Below are positions 49,437 through 59,144 of a DNA stretch of 64,000 bases, one piece after another. Position numbers and translations under genes: made by a program. The notes below the pieces were generated by a model. The model did not search any database. It worked only from the letters and a program-made list of their open reading frames with translations, and was not told the DNA's origin. Location of the stretch: assembly GCA_965203905.1 (NCBI GenBank), contig CBDBDQ010000005.1:6976001-7040000 (forward strand), in the 5' to 3' direction. Position 1 is the first letter of the stretch. The number at the start of each line of letters is the position of its first letter. Source of the DNA: Spirochaetia bacterium. Lineage in GTDB: Bacteria; Spirochaetota; Spirochaetia; SZUA-6; Bin103.

Positions 49437-49490
49437 CCCGCATAACTCACCAACGGGATAGACACGGGGTTAAATTGTGGTTATCTGTAT

Positions 49491-50405
49491 ATGGTACCAA
49501 TTCTGGACAGCGAGCGACGCCCGCCAGCGCAGGTAGTGCTGGACCTGGATGCGACCGATGACCCGTTGCACGGCAACCAGGAAGGCCGGTTCTTCCATGG
49601 CTACTACGGCCATTACTGCTATCTGCCGCTGTATATCACCTGTGGTGAGCACGTGCTGCGCTGCCGGCTGCGGCGCGCCGACGGCGACGCCAGCGACGGG
49701 GCCGTGGAGGAACTGAAAGCGGTAGTGGCGCAGATCCGCCACCGCTGGTCGGAGACGAAGATCCTGGTACGCGGTGACTCGGGATTCTGTCGCGAAACGA
49801 TCATGGCTTGGTGTGAGGGCAACGGCGTCGATTATGTGCTCGGCTTGGCGCGCAACGCACGCCTGCAGCAGCGCATCGACAAGGCACTGCGCAAGTCGCG
49901 GCGCCGCAGTGCGGCGAGCGGGCAGGCGTCGCGGCGGTTCCGGGAGTTCCGCTACCGGACGCTGGACTCGTGGAGCCGGAGCCGCCGGGTGGTGGCCAAG
50001 GCCGAGTGGCTGCCTGGCGCTGGCGGCGGCAATCCGCGCTTCGTGGTGACCAGCCTCGAGCGGCAGACGATTGCCAAGCAGGCGCTCTACGAAGAGCTGT
50101 ACTGCGCCCGTGGTGACATGGAGAACCGAATCAAGGAGCAGCAACTGTGGCTGTTCGCCGACCGCACCTCGACGGCGACCATGCGCGCCAACCAGTTGCG
50201 GCTGTACTTCTCCGCGTTTGCCGGCGTCCTGTTGACCATCCTGCGCCGCGCGGGACTGCAGGGAACCGAGCTTGCCAACGCGCGCTTCGACACCATCCGC
50301 GCGCGGCTGATCAAGCTCGCCGGGCGCATCAAGGTGTCGGTGCGCCGGATACGGCTTTCGTTGTCGTCGGTATATCCGTTGCAGGAGCTGTTCACCCAGG
50401 CGCTC
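49491..50405 (+). mobile_element. IS1380-family transposase, 5'-truncated
   Basis: LDLDATDDPLHGNQEGRFFHGYYGHYCYLPL, RGDSGF, YCARGDMENRIKEQQ. Confidence 0.85.
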
Positions 50406-50624
50406 ACCGCCGAGACCTGCAGCTACATCGACCACCACACCGCACGCTGCGGTCGGCCGGCCTCGATCTTCGCCGATGATGCGAAAGCCGACATCCACCG
50501 CCACGCTGGCGGCCTGCCGCGGCTGGTCAACGCGCTCTGCTATCGCTCCATCCTGCACGCCGCCGCCAACGACATCAGGATCATCGACTCCTCCAACATC
50601 GTCACCGATGACATCTTCGACTGA
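50403..50624 (+). pseudogene. C-terminal fragment of an ExeA-like AAA ATPase fused in frame to the IS1380 transposase
   Basis: ETCSYIDHH...IFADDA...IHRHAGGLPRLVNALC. Confidence 0.6.
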
Positions 50625-51296
50625 ACTTACGCAACGCTTCCCTTGGCGGTGCGCGTCATGGCGCCGCTCCCTGGCGCTACCCGGATTCAGCACCAGGCGC
50701 GTCGTGGCAACGCTGGCTGGCGGGGTTTGGCACTCCCGGCTGGCTGGAAACAGCATGCTGGAGGCAATTCCCGGTCCCAGCTCACCTGAGTGAAGTCCTG
50801 GAGTCGGCGGCGTGCAGTTCCACCGCTGGAAAGTCGGGCCGTGCAGCTGCCTCGGGGCGCTCCCCATCGCCCGCGCCCTCCATGGCGCGGGTCGCCGGCG
50901 CGGCCCATGGAGGGGCCGCGTGCAACAATGAAGGTCGCCGTCCAACAGAGCTCCTCTGCCTAATACATTGTCCGAATGCATGCGCTGTAAGGCGCCCGTA
51001 CCACCTCCCACCACAGTACCAGGCGCTGTTCCTTCAGCGAACCTTCAACCCGTCTGGGGGCTTCCTCGGCCATCCCTCGCCGCTCCTGTTCCCCTGGCGG
51101 AACGGCCTCCCGTTTGGGGGCCCACAACGCGGGTAACCGACCGATGATCGCGGCGCTGGCGCCGAGGATCATCGCATTGCATTGTTCATCGCAGTGCCGG
51201 CGGCGCCGGAACTGTGCCCCAAGGCCCCTTCGACACGGCAGATGAGATCGTCAGTAGGGATAGGCGTGTAAGCACACATACGCTTATGATGGATGT

Positions 51297-51521
51297 ATGA
51301 GTACAACTCGATGGTCGCTGGTGGTCTCCGAAGCAACTGACCGCGCCCTGCGTACCTTCCTTGCGAGTCGGGGACTGAAGAAAGGGCATCTCTCGCAGTT
51401 TGTTGAGGACGCCGTGAGAGAAAAGCTGTTCGATCTGACCGTCGCAGAAGTCAAAGAGCGAAACGCGGGACAAACCGATGCTGTCATGCAGGCCGTCGAG
51501 GAGGCTCTCGAGCGAGCCTGA
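51297..51521 (+). CDS. Ribbon-helix-helix antitoxin
   Basis: RWSLVVSEATDRALRTFLA...LSQFVEDAVR; 3 nt upstream of the PIN gene. Confidence 0.75.
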   Translation: MSTTRWSLVVSEATDRALRTFLASRGLKKGHLSQFVEDAVREKLFDLTVAEVKERNAGQTDAVMQAVEEALERA

Positions 51522-51524
51522 GGC

Positions 51525-51935
51525 GTGCGTGTTGTGCTCGACACCGGAATCCTCGTTGCCGCTCTGATCACACGGGACACACCCCCAGACCAACTGTACC
51601 AGCTGTGGCGCAAGCAACGGTTCACGCTGATCACGTCCGAGCCGCAGTTAAGCGAGTTCCGGCGCGTCACTCGTTACCCGAAGCTGCGTCGGTTTCTGAA
51701 GGCTCACGAAGCGGGGACCCTCCTGCGCGGGGTGCGTGCGCGAGCTGTTGTTGTCCCAGGGCTGCCACAGATCGATCTTGTCGACGACCCCGACGACAAT
51801 CTCGTGCTTGCCACCGCTCTCGCCGGCGAGGCTGACTATCTGGTCACCGGAGATCGGCGTCACCTACTGCACCTGAAGAAGGTGCAGCACACGAGGATCT
51901 TGACGGCACGTGAGCTCACAGAGTTGCTCAACTGA
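51525..51935 (+). CDS. PIN-domain toxin (TIGR00305-like)
   Basis: MRVVLDTG, DPDDNLVLATALAGEADYLVTGD. Confidence 0.88.
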   Translation: MRVVLDTGILVAALITRDTPPDQLYQLWRKQRFTLITSEPQLSEFRRVTRYPKLRRFLKAHEAGTLLRGVRARAVVVPGLPQIDLVDDPDDNLVLATALAGEADYLVTGDRRHLLHLKKVQHTRILTARELTELLN

Positions 51936-52394
51936 CCGTTCCCGACGAACGGGACCGGCCGATGGCCATTCCGAGTTCTCGATCCCATCCCTGGCCTTAC
52001 ACCAGGCGGCGACTTGGCCCAACTCGAACGCCCCGTGCATCGGCTTCGCTGACCGGCCAGGTCACGCCCATCCACAGCCGGCGCTCGTCGACCTGGTCGG
52101 CCGCGTTCCGGGCGCGCCTCCGGAACTGCCGCCGGCGCATGCACACCCGTGGCGCCACGGATGGAGCCACGGGTGGAGGGCCCGGTGCATCCGGCGTGAC
52201 ACCCCGGGAGGTGCCGGTCGGCCGCACATCCATGGGTCGGCACGGCGGTGGCGAAGCCAAAGGAGACCGGCACCGGGGCGATCGAGCGGGAAGACATCTG
52301 GGGCCGATCCGTCGCACCTCGCCTTGCTGACCTGGCTGGACGGCCGCCCGGGCGCAGGCGCGTGCACACCTGCGCTGCCGCAGGCGGGCCTTCC

Positions 52395-53324
52395 TTAAAC
52401 CGACCCGGCGGCTCCGGCACCGAGGCGACCACCGCCCCTCAACCTCGGATCAAGCAGGTCCCGCAGGGCGTCGCCGAACATGTTTAGACTGTAAACGGTA
52501 ATAGTCAGGCAAAGACCCGGCCAGAGAGCCAGGTGTGGCGCCTGCTCCATGTATTTACGCCCTTCCCGGCTGAGCAGAGCTCCCCACTCAGCAATCTGGA
52601 TTGGCAGACCGAATCCGAGGAAGCTCAGAGAAGCTATACTCAGGATTACGCCTCCGATGTTGATGCTGAATATGATGATTACGACAGGAATAATATTGGG
52701 CACGACATGTCGCACAAACATTCTCCATCTTGAGCTACCAATCGCCTCCGCCGCCTGAACATACACGTTCTCCTTTATGCCAATAACGGCGCCTCTGACT
52801 ATTCTTGAGCCGCCGATGCCTCCGGCTATCCCCAGGACCAGTATCATCTGTGGCACACCCCGCCCCACCAGCGACATTATGGTTAACAACAGGAGCAGTC
52901 CCGGGAAACACATCCAGGCATCGACAAATCTCTGCACAGCCAGGTCCAATTTACCACCAAGGAATCCTGAGGTGCCACCTATCAGGGTAGCGACGACAAC
53001 ATTAACACCGGTCGCGGCCAGACCGACAAGTAACGAAATACGAGCACCGTAGATAATGCGGCTCAAGAAGTCTCGCCCCAGCTGGTCGGTACCCAGCAGA
53101 TACTGGGCTGATGAGCCCTGCAGCATGTCGTACAGGTGCATTTCATCATATGGATAAGGAGCCAGAACATCGGCAAAGATAGCGACAAGAATCAATATCA
53201 ATACAATAATCCCGCAGGCAGTACCCAGTGGCTTCTCCTTCCACATCCTGGTAAAGAAATCAGCCACCGCGTTGCGTCTCTTTGGCTCGCTTACTGTTGA
53301 TGGTATCCTTGTGATATCACTCAT
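52395..53324 (-). CDS. Peptide/nickel ABC permease (DppC-like)
   Basis: LGTDQLGRD, GARISL, SLSFLGFG, NMFGDALRDLLDPRLRG. Confidence 0.9.
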   Translation of the reverse strand: MSDITRIPSTVSEPKRRNAVADFFTRMWKEKPLGTACGIIVLILILVAIFADVLAPYPYDEMHLYDMLQGSSAQYLLGTDQLGRDFLSRIIYGARISLLVGLAATGVNVVVATLIGGTSGFLGGKLDLAVQRFVDAWMCFPGLLLLLTIMSLVGRGVPQMILVLGIAGGIGGSRIVRGAVIGIKENVYVQAAEAIGSSRWRMFVRHVVPNIIPVVIIIFSINIGGVILSIASLSFLGFGLPIQIAEWGALLSREGRKYMEQAPHLALWPGLCLTITVYSLNMFGDALRDLLDPRLRGGGRLGAGAAGSV

Positions 53325-53342
53325 AATCCCGATTTTCCTCCT

Positions 53343-54341
53343 TTATCTATAACCGACCCTGGGGTCTAGATAGGGATAAATCAGGTCGATCATTAGATTG
53401 GCCCCCATAACCACGACGGCGAAAAAGAGATTTACCCCGGAGACCACCGGGTAGTCTCTGCCTTCGAGGGCAACCACCATGAGACGACCCAACCCCGGAA
53501 GGTTGAATATGTTCTCCATGATGACCGAGCCACCTATCAGGATCGGCAACTGCAGGCCTATCAGGGTAACTATCGGGATGAGGGCATTTTTAACGGCGTG
53601 TCTGATTATGATTACCCGCTCCTTGAGGCCCTTGGACCAGGCGGTCCTGATATAGTCCTGCCTTAAGACCTCCAGCATCATGGTGCGCGTCAGCCGCATT
53701 GTTATCGCAGCCATGCCCGTCCCCAGAATCACGCTGGGAATGATGAACACTCCCAGATTCCCCAGCGGGTCTTCCGTGAAAGGAATCGGTTCCATTGGTG
53801 GCGTCCAGCCCCACCAGAGTGCCGGGTAGAGCATGACCATCAGTGCCAGCCAGAAGTTGGGAGTTGCCATGCCGATGATGGCGATGGAGCGCCCCAGGTA
53901 GTCGGCGGCGGTATCCTGGCGAATCGCCGAGTAGATGCCGACTGGCAGGGCTATCAGCAGCCCGATTACGATTGCCATGAAACCAAGCTCAATGGTGATC
54001 GGCAATCTACCGAATATACTGTCCTCTACCGCCTCCTGGCGGTGATGCAGTGACCGGCCAAGGGTGCCCTGGAGGAGACCGTTGTAGTGGGACTCACCGG
54101 TAACCCAGTCAGGGGTCGGCAACACTCCTATCCAGCGTCCATACTGCACGTGCACAGGCACGTCCAATCCCAGCATATGCTCCAGCGCTTCACGGTCTAC
54201 CTCACGACCCGTGACATCCTTACCCAACATTGCGTCTATTGTATCGCCGGGGATGAAGCGGACGGAGAGAAAGACCAGGGTGCTCAATATAAACAAGGTG
54301 GGGATTATCAGCAATAACCGCCTGATAATATAGGCTCTCAT
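53343..54341 (-). CDS. Peptide/nickel ABC permease (DppB-like)
   Basis: MRAYIIRR, PVGIYSA, QDYIRTAWSKGL, YLDPRV. Confidence 0.9.
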   Translation of the reverse strand: MRAYIIRRLLLIIPTLFILSTLVFLSVRFIPGDTIDAMLGKDVTGREVDREALEHMLGLDVPVHVQYGRWIGVLPTPDWVTGESHYNGLLQGTLGRSLHHRQEAVEDSIFGRLPITIELGFMAIVIGLLIALPVGIYSAIRQDTAADYLGRSIAIIGMATPNFWLALMVMLYPALWWGWTPPMEPIPFTEDPLGNLGVFIIPSVILGTGMAAITMRLTRTMMLEVLRQDYIRTAWSKGLKERVIIIRHAVKNALIPIVTLIGLQLPILIGGSVIMENIFNLPGLGRLMVVALEGRDYPVVSGVNLFFAVVVMGANLMIDLIYPYLDPRVGYR

Positions 54342-54352
54342 GTCACACTACT

Positions 54353-54462
54353 CCTTGTCATTGCGGCGAAGAACCTGCCCCGGAATGGATCCGGGGCCGC
54401 AATCCAGAGTAATTTCAAATGGTGCGTTTTCTGTATTCCGGGTCTTCGCCCGGAATGACAAG
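54353..54462. repeat. REP-like palindromic element (CTTGTCATT...AATGACAAG ends)
   Basis: 9-bp terminal inverted repeat; internal hairpins GCCCCGGA/TCCGGGGC and TTCCGGG/CCCGGAA. Confidence 0.55.
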
Positions 54463-54481
54463 TGTCCCCTCCAGGAGTATC

Positions 54482-54523
54482 GGAACCGGGAGGCTGTCGC
54501 CTGCAGGCGCGCCTCCCGGTTCC
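54482..54523. terminator. Stem-loop after the SBP gene
   Basis: 13-bp inverted repeat GGAACCGGGAGGC/GCCTCCCGGTTCC. Confidence 0.6.
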
Positions 54524-54544
54524 CTTTTCCCCTGAGATCAGCCG

Positions 54545-56326
54545 CTAATGACCCATTGCTTCCTTCAGCTCACTATCAATCCAGAGGAAGGTAAAGAGGG
54601 TATGCACTTCAAAGCCGCCCAAGCGATTTTCTCCGTTATAGCCTATGAGCCAGGGCTGGGCCAAATGAAACACTGGACTCTTTGGACCCCATATCTGGAA
54701 GTGGTTCTCTATCGCGTACATATCTGCCTCTGCAATCAGCCTCTGCTGCTCCTCAATGGTAGGAGCGGCTAGGGCGGCTTCAATGATGGCGTCCAACTCA
54801 GGCCACTGGTGTCCGCCGCGGTTCCACTGTGCGTTCGAGTGATACCGGCCTACAAACATGGCAGGGTCATAAGCGGCGCCCGCAATGGCACTGATCATGC
54901 CTTCATAATTACGCGAGAATAGCCTCTCGTGATATTCGGGGTTGTCCAGTGCATCAATCTCAACATCGACGCCAATCTCAGCCCAGTAGGAGGCAGCTAT
55001 TTCTGCATATTCTAAGGTTGCCCAAGCCCCGTAAGTCAATGAGGTCTTGAATCTAGTGCCGTCGGCGCCGCGCGGATATCCAGCCGCATCAAGGAGCTTC
55101 TCGGCAGCTTCCGGGTCATACCTGTAGTATTGCTTGACCTCTTCGGGCCACTCTTCAAATGGGATGTAATACCCTTTATTCGCCATCCGTCCCATAGGTG
55201 TCGCATCTGCCTGACCCTTCCAGAGCGTGGCCGCAATGGTCTCGTTGTCCAGCGCCATCTGCATTGCGCGGACCACGTTGATGTCGTTGAAGGGCGGCAC
55301 GCGATGGTTAGGAGCAAAAGAATCACTCGACCGAGACCAAAGCGTGTGCACCGCGATTTCGGGGTTGGTCCGCTGCAGGCTCATTACCGAGTTCATATCA
55401 GTAACCCACTCTTTGAGATCAATCTTGCCTGAGCGTAGTGCTGCCATGGTTGTTGCTTCCTCTGGAATAATCAGGACCCTGTGCTCGTCGACGTATGGCA
55501 AGCGGTTCTGCGGGTATTTTGGGTCGAAGCCCCAGTAGTCAGGATTCTTGGTATAGGTCCTAGAGCTGCCCAACACCCACTCAGTCAGCATAAAGGGCCC
55601 GGTGCCGACCAGGTTCCTCCAGTCCATATCGACGCCATGTTGCTCGATTACCTCGGGGGGCATTATGTAAGCAAAGTCGTCGAGGAGGATAAGCCCCAGC
55701 GCAGGGAGGTATGGCTTCGTCAGCTTAATAACAACCGTCCATTTGTCGGTGGCCGTTACCGATTCCCATGGTATGGCGATGAGTGCGGCGGCGGGACCAA
55801 AGGCGCTAGGTCCTGCTTCGGAGAACTTGCCCAGACCCAACATACGGTGAAAGCTGTATTCGACATCATCGGCGGTCAGCTCCCGACCGTTCATGGGCGC
55901 CTTATTATGCCAGTGAACGCCCTTGCGGATGTGGAAGGTATAGGTGAGCCCGTCCGGGGAAATATCCCACTTTTCAGCCAGCCTCCCTGTCACGAAAGAC
56001 ACAGGGAGGAACGATTTAAAGTCATGTACGTCTCTATCTACTCCCCAGTTGCCGATACCAAGCTTCTCTACGACGCCCGAGATGGTTAGGGACGAGTACC
56101 CGACATAGGGGTCAGCAGGGAAATCCTGAGGACTTGGTACGGCCTTGGTTATTGTCCCGCCATACTGTGGCGCCGTTACCATCATGCCGGTGGTCGGGTC
56201 GAGCACCATTTCCTTCTCGGCGGCGGACGCCGGCTCCTCCTCGCTGGCAGCGCCGGCCCACAGGCCGGTTGCGGTCAGGTTGAGGACCAACGCAACCGCG
56301 AAGGTCCTTGCAAGAAATATCTTCAT
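54545..56326 (-). CDS. ABC transporter substrate-binding protein, family 5 (DppA-like)
   Basis: Signal ending LWAGAASEEE; PQYGG, FHIRKGVHWH, VGTGPF, YDPEAAEKLLDAAGY. Confidence 0.9.
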   Translation of the reverse strand: MKIFLARTFAVALVLNLTATGLWAGAASEEEPASAAEKEMVLDPTTGMMVTAPQYGGTITKAVPSPQDFPADPYVGYSSLTISGVVEKLGIGNWGVDRDVHDFKSFLPVSFVTGRLAEKWDISPDGLTYTFHIRKGVHWHNKAPMNGRELTADDVEYSFHRMLGLGKFSEAGPSAFGPAAALIAIPWESVTATDKWTVVIKLTKPYLPALGLILLDDFAYIMPPEVIEQHGVDMDWRNLVGTGPFMLTEWVLGSSRTYTKNPDYWGFDPKYPQNRLPYVDEHRVLIIPEEATTMAALRSGKIDLKEWVTDMNSVMSLQRTNPEIAVHTLWSRSSDSFAPNHRVPPFNDINVVRAMQMALDNETIAATLWKGQADATPMGRMANKGYYIPFEEWPEEVKQYYRYDPEAAEKLLDAAGYPRGADGTRFKTSLTYGAWATLEYAEIAASYWAEIGVDVEIDALDNPEYHERLFSRNYEGMISAIAGAAYDPAMFVGRYHSNAQWNRGGHQWPELDAIIEAALAAPTIEEQQRLIAEADMYAIENHFQIWGPKSPVFHLAQPWLIGYNGENRLGGFEVHTLFTFLWIDSELKEAMGH

Positions 56327-56343
56327 CGTTTCTTCCTTGAATG

Positions 56344-56520
56344 TTATTTCGAGAGTATTGCGTTGCGGGTTGCCGCTCCGGCTACTCTGACGCCCGCAAC
56401 GCGGGCGCGCCCGCCAAGGCGGGCCACCAGTCTGAGTCGATTTGTGACGCGCGCAGCGTGTGACTCATCCGGGTTCACCCCGGGCTCACGCCGCGCGCGC
56501 CCAGGGCTCTTGAGTATCAT
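56344..56520 (-). CDS. Small (58 aa) upstream ORF
   Basis: Strong SD AAGGAGG before ATG 56520; stop lies 17 nt upstream of the SBP start. Confidence 0.35.
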   Translation of the reverse strand: MILKSPGRARREPGVNPDESHAARVTNRLRLVARLGGRARVAGVRVAGAATRNAILSK

Positions 56521-56832
56521 TCGAACCTCCTTCTTCTCTAGATCTACGTCGGGATCTGCGTTACAACGCCACGCGTGGCGGTGGTCTGAGCAGCAGTGAG
56601 TCTGAATGGCCGGCAACGCAGGCGGTGGGTTTTGCGGGCAGTCAGTCGCGGGCAGCGATCCGGGACGGCTGCCCTCGCCGCCGGGAAGGGTGGGGGCGGC
56701 CCGCATGCCGGTTCGATGGACGGAGCCGGTGCCACCGACAGCTACGGCGGTGCTGAAGGCGACGGCGTGCGCGGGGTCTCGTAGGGGGCGATCAGCCCGA
56801 GCGGTTAGTTGTGGTTCTATGCAAGAGCTATG

Positions 56833-56936
56833 ACGAGGGGACGAGGGGACGAGGGGACGAGGGGACGAGGGGACGAGGGGACGAGGGGACGAGGGGACGA
56901 GGGGACGAGGGGACGAGGGGACGAGGGGACGAGGGG
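56833..56936. repeat. Perfect simple sequence repeat (ACGAGGGG)13
   Basis: 104 bp, 13 identical 8-mers. Confidence 0.97.
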
Positions 56937-56966
56937 AAACGCCATGTTCACCACGCTGTCTGTATT

Positions 56967-56995
56967 ATTAGAACACAGAACGGGGATCATGTCAA
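56967..56995 (-). promoter_or_regulatory. Sigma70 promoter facing the SSR and the peptide ABC operon
   Basis: TTGACA-17 nt-TCTAAT with an extended TG. Confidence 0.65.
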
Positions 56996-57366
56996 CGGGT
57001 AGGTCAGCTCGATTCAGCTCGATTCCAGGATTTCCAGGACTCTGTCCGGCTCTGGTTGGGCGGTGCTTGTCCATCACTCCGAGCCGACAGCAGTGCACGA
57101 GTTGTTTCTCGTCCCGGCACGCCGGCGCCGCGGCTGACAGGTGCTCCGAGACTCCCTGCATCTCTGCCAGCCGCACCACCAGGCACTACCACGGGACCTG
57201 AGCTCCTGTTGCGACTCGCACGCCGCCTCCGCCCGGCCTTCGGCGCGACCGGCGGTGCATTCTCCTGGCACTGGCGCAGCAGGAACGGTTCGCCGTCCGG
57301 CACGGTAGAGGCAGATATCGGGGTGCCGCGCGTTTGATCCCGTGGGGCGACGGGGTAAGATGAGGC

Positions 57367-58920
57367 GTGGCCCGGCGCAGACTGCCCATCGGCATGCAGA
57401 CCTTCCGCAAGCTGCGCGAAGAGGACTGTTATTACGTGGACAAGACGCCCTACATCGAACGGTTGCTCGATGAGGGCTCCCACTATTTCCTGTCACGCCC
57501 GCGGCGGTTCGGCAAGAGCCTGTTCCTGGACACGCTGAAGGAGTTGTTCGAGGGCAACGAGGAGTTGTTCACGGGGCTCTACATTCACGCCTGCGGGGAC
57601 TGGAACTGGTCGGCGCGCCACCCGGTGGTGCGGCTGGACTTCGCCGGCGGGAGCTTCAAGGAGCCGGGCTACCTCCAAACCAACCTGGCGGCGCAGTTGG
57701 ACGGCATGGAGGTAGCGAGCGGGGTGCGTCCGCGCTACGACACGGCGCCTGAACGGTTCGGCTACCTGATCAGGTCGTTGCACGAGCGCAGCGGGCAGCG
57801 GGTGGCGGTGCTGGTGGACGAGTACGACAAGCCGATCCTGGACGCGTTGCAGACGCCGGAGATCGCCCTTGCCAACCGCGACTACCTGCGCGGGCTGTAC
57901 GGCGTGATCAAGGCGCGCGACGCGCACGTGCGGTTCACGTTCGTGACCGGGGTAAGCAAGTTCACCAAGGTGAGCCTCTTTTCAGACTTGAACAACCTCA
58001 CTGACATCACCCTGGATCCGGCATACTCGTCGATCTGCGGCTACACCGAGGGCGACCTGGAGACGGTGTTCGCGCCGGAGCTGGCGGAACTCGACCGGGA
58101 GCGGGTGCGCGAGTGGTACAACGGCTATAGCTGGCTGGGCGCGGAAAAGGTATACAACCCGTACGACGTGCTGCTGCTGCTGCGCCGCCGCAAGTTTGCC
58201 GCCCACTGGTTCGAAACCGGGACCCCGGCGTTCCTGGTGAACACGCTGTTCGAGCGCCGGGTCGCGTCGGTGGCACTGGACCAGATGCTAGGCACGGAGG
58301 ATCTGCTGTCGGCATTCGACGTGGGCAAGATCGGCACCGAAGCGTTGCTGTTCCAGACCGGCTACCTGACTATTACGGCCGAAGAGGAGCTGGGCGGCAT
58401 GGCGCTGTATCGTCTGGGGTATCCGAATCGGGAGGTGCGCCAGAGCCTGAACCGGGTGTTGCTGAGGCAACTGGTGCAGGACACGGAACGGCAGACGGCC
58501 AACAGCATGCGCTTGGCGCGGCTGCTGGAGGCGCACGACTGCGCGGGGCTGAAGGAGCTGTTCCACGCCTTCTTCGCGAGCATTCCGTACCAGTGGTACA
58601 CGAACAACCAGATCGCCCAGTTCGAGGGCTTCTACGCGAGCGTGGTCTACTCCTACTTCGCGGCGCTGGGGTATGAGATCGCGGTGGAGGAGTCGAGCAG
58701 CCACGGGCGGCTGGACATGGCGGTGCGCACCGGCGGGCACGTGTACCTGTTCGAGTTCAAGGTGGCGGAGATGGCGCCGCCGGGGTCGGCGCTGGCGCAG
58801 TTGCGGGAGCGCGGGTACGCGGACAAGTACCGGGGCCGGGGCGAGCCGATCCACCTGATCGGGGTGGAGTTCAGCCGCGAGACGCGCAACGTGACGGCGT
58901 TCGAGGTGGCGGACGGCTGA
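57367..58920 (+). CDS. AAA-ATPase-like protein with C-terminal PD-(D/E)XK nuclease-like domain
   Basis: LPIGMQTF, YYVDKT, SRPRRFGKS, VDEYDKP, GRLDM...FEFK, QLRERGYADKY. Confidence 0.9.
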   Translation: MARRRLPIGMQTFRKLREEDCYYVDKTPYIERLLDEGSHYFLSRPRRFGKSLFLDTLKELFEGNEELFTGLYIHACGDWNWSARHPVVRLDFAGGSFKEPGYLQTNLAAQLDGMEVASGVRPRYDTAPERFGYLIRSLHERSGQRVAVLVDEYDKPILDALQTPEIALANRDYLRGLYGVIKARDAHVRFTFVTGVSKFTKVSLFSDLNNLTDITLDPAYSSICGYTEGDLETVFAPELAELDRERVREWYNGYSWLGAEKVYNPYDVLLLLRRRKFAAHWFETGTPAFLVNTLFERRVASVALDQMLGTEDLLSAFDVGKIGTEALLFQTGYLTITAEEELGGMALYRLGYPNREVRQSLNRVLLRQLVQDTERQTANSMRLARLLEAHDCAGLKELFHAFFASIPYQWYTNNQIAQFEGFYASVVYSYFAALGYEIAVEESSSHGRLDMAVRTGGHVYLFEFKVAEMAPPGSALAQLRERGYADKYRGRGEPIHLIGVEFSRETRNVTAFEVADG

Positions 58921-59039
58921 GGGCGGCTCGCCGTCGCGGGAGAGAGCCAGGTCGCGGTCCGTGACAATGAGCGCGAGCCGTGGTGCACCGGTGGCCGCCT
59001 TCTTTTGCCTGCCCACCGAGCACGCCGAGTCCCCCGATC

Positions 59040-59084
59040 TCGGTTGACTCCCCGGCTGCTGCTTCGGCAACAATCACCTGCCCA
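59040..59084 (+). promoter_or_regulatory. Promoter-like motif shared with 38028..38061
   Basis: TCGGTTGACTCC...CTTCGGCAACAAT-CACCTGCCCA. Confidence 0.45.
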
Positions 59085-59144
59085 TGTTGCCCATGCCATC
59101 CGGGTCGACGGTGTGAGGGGGCTGGGATAGACTTCGCATTCGAG

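Noticed and set aside
50760-51290. Possible IS remnant or ncRNA
   Set aside because: Only vague motif resemblance; nothing I can support by eye.
51936-52394. Possible gene fragment or structured RNA between convergent operons
   Set aside because: GC-rich, with no convincing ORF or recognisable RNA family.
56833-56936. Repeat array as a CRISPR array
   Set aside because: Contiguous 8-mers with no spacers, and no cas genes in the window.
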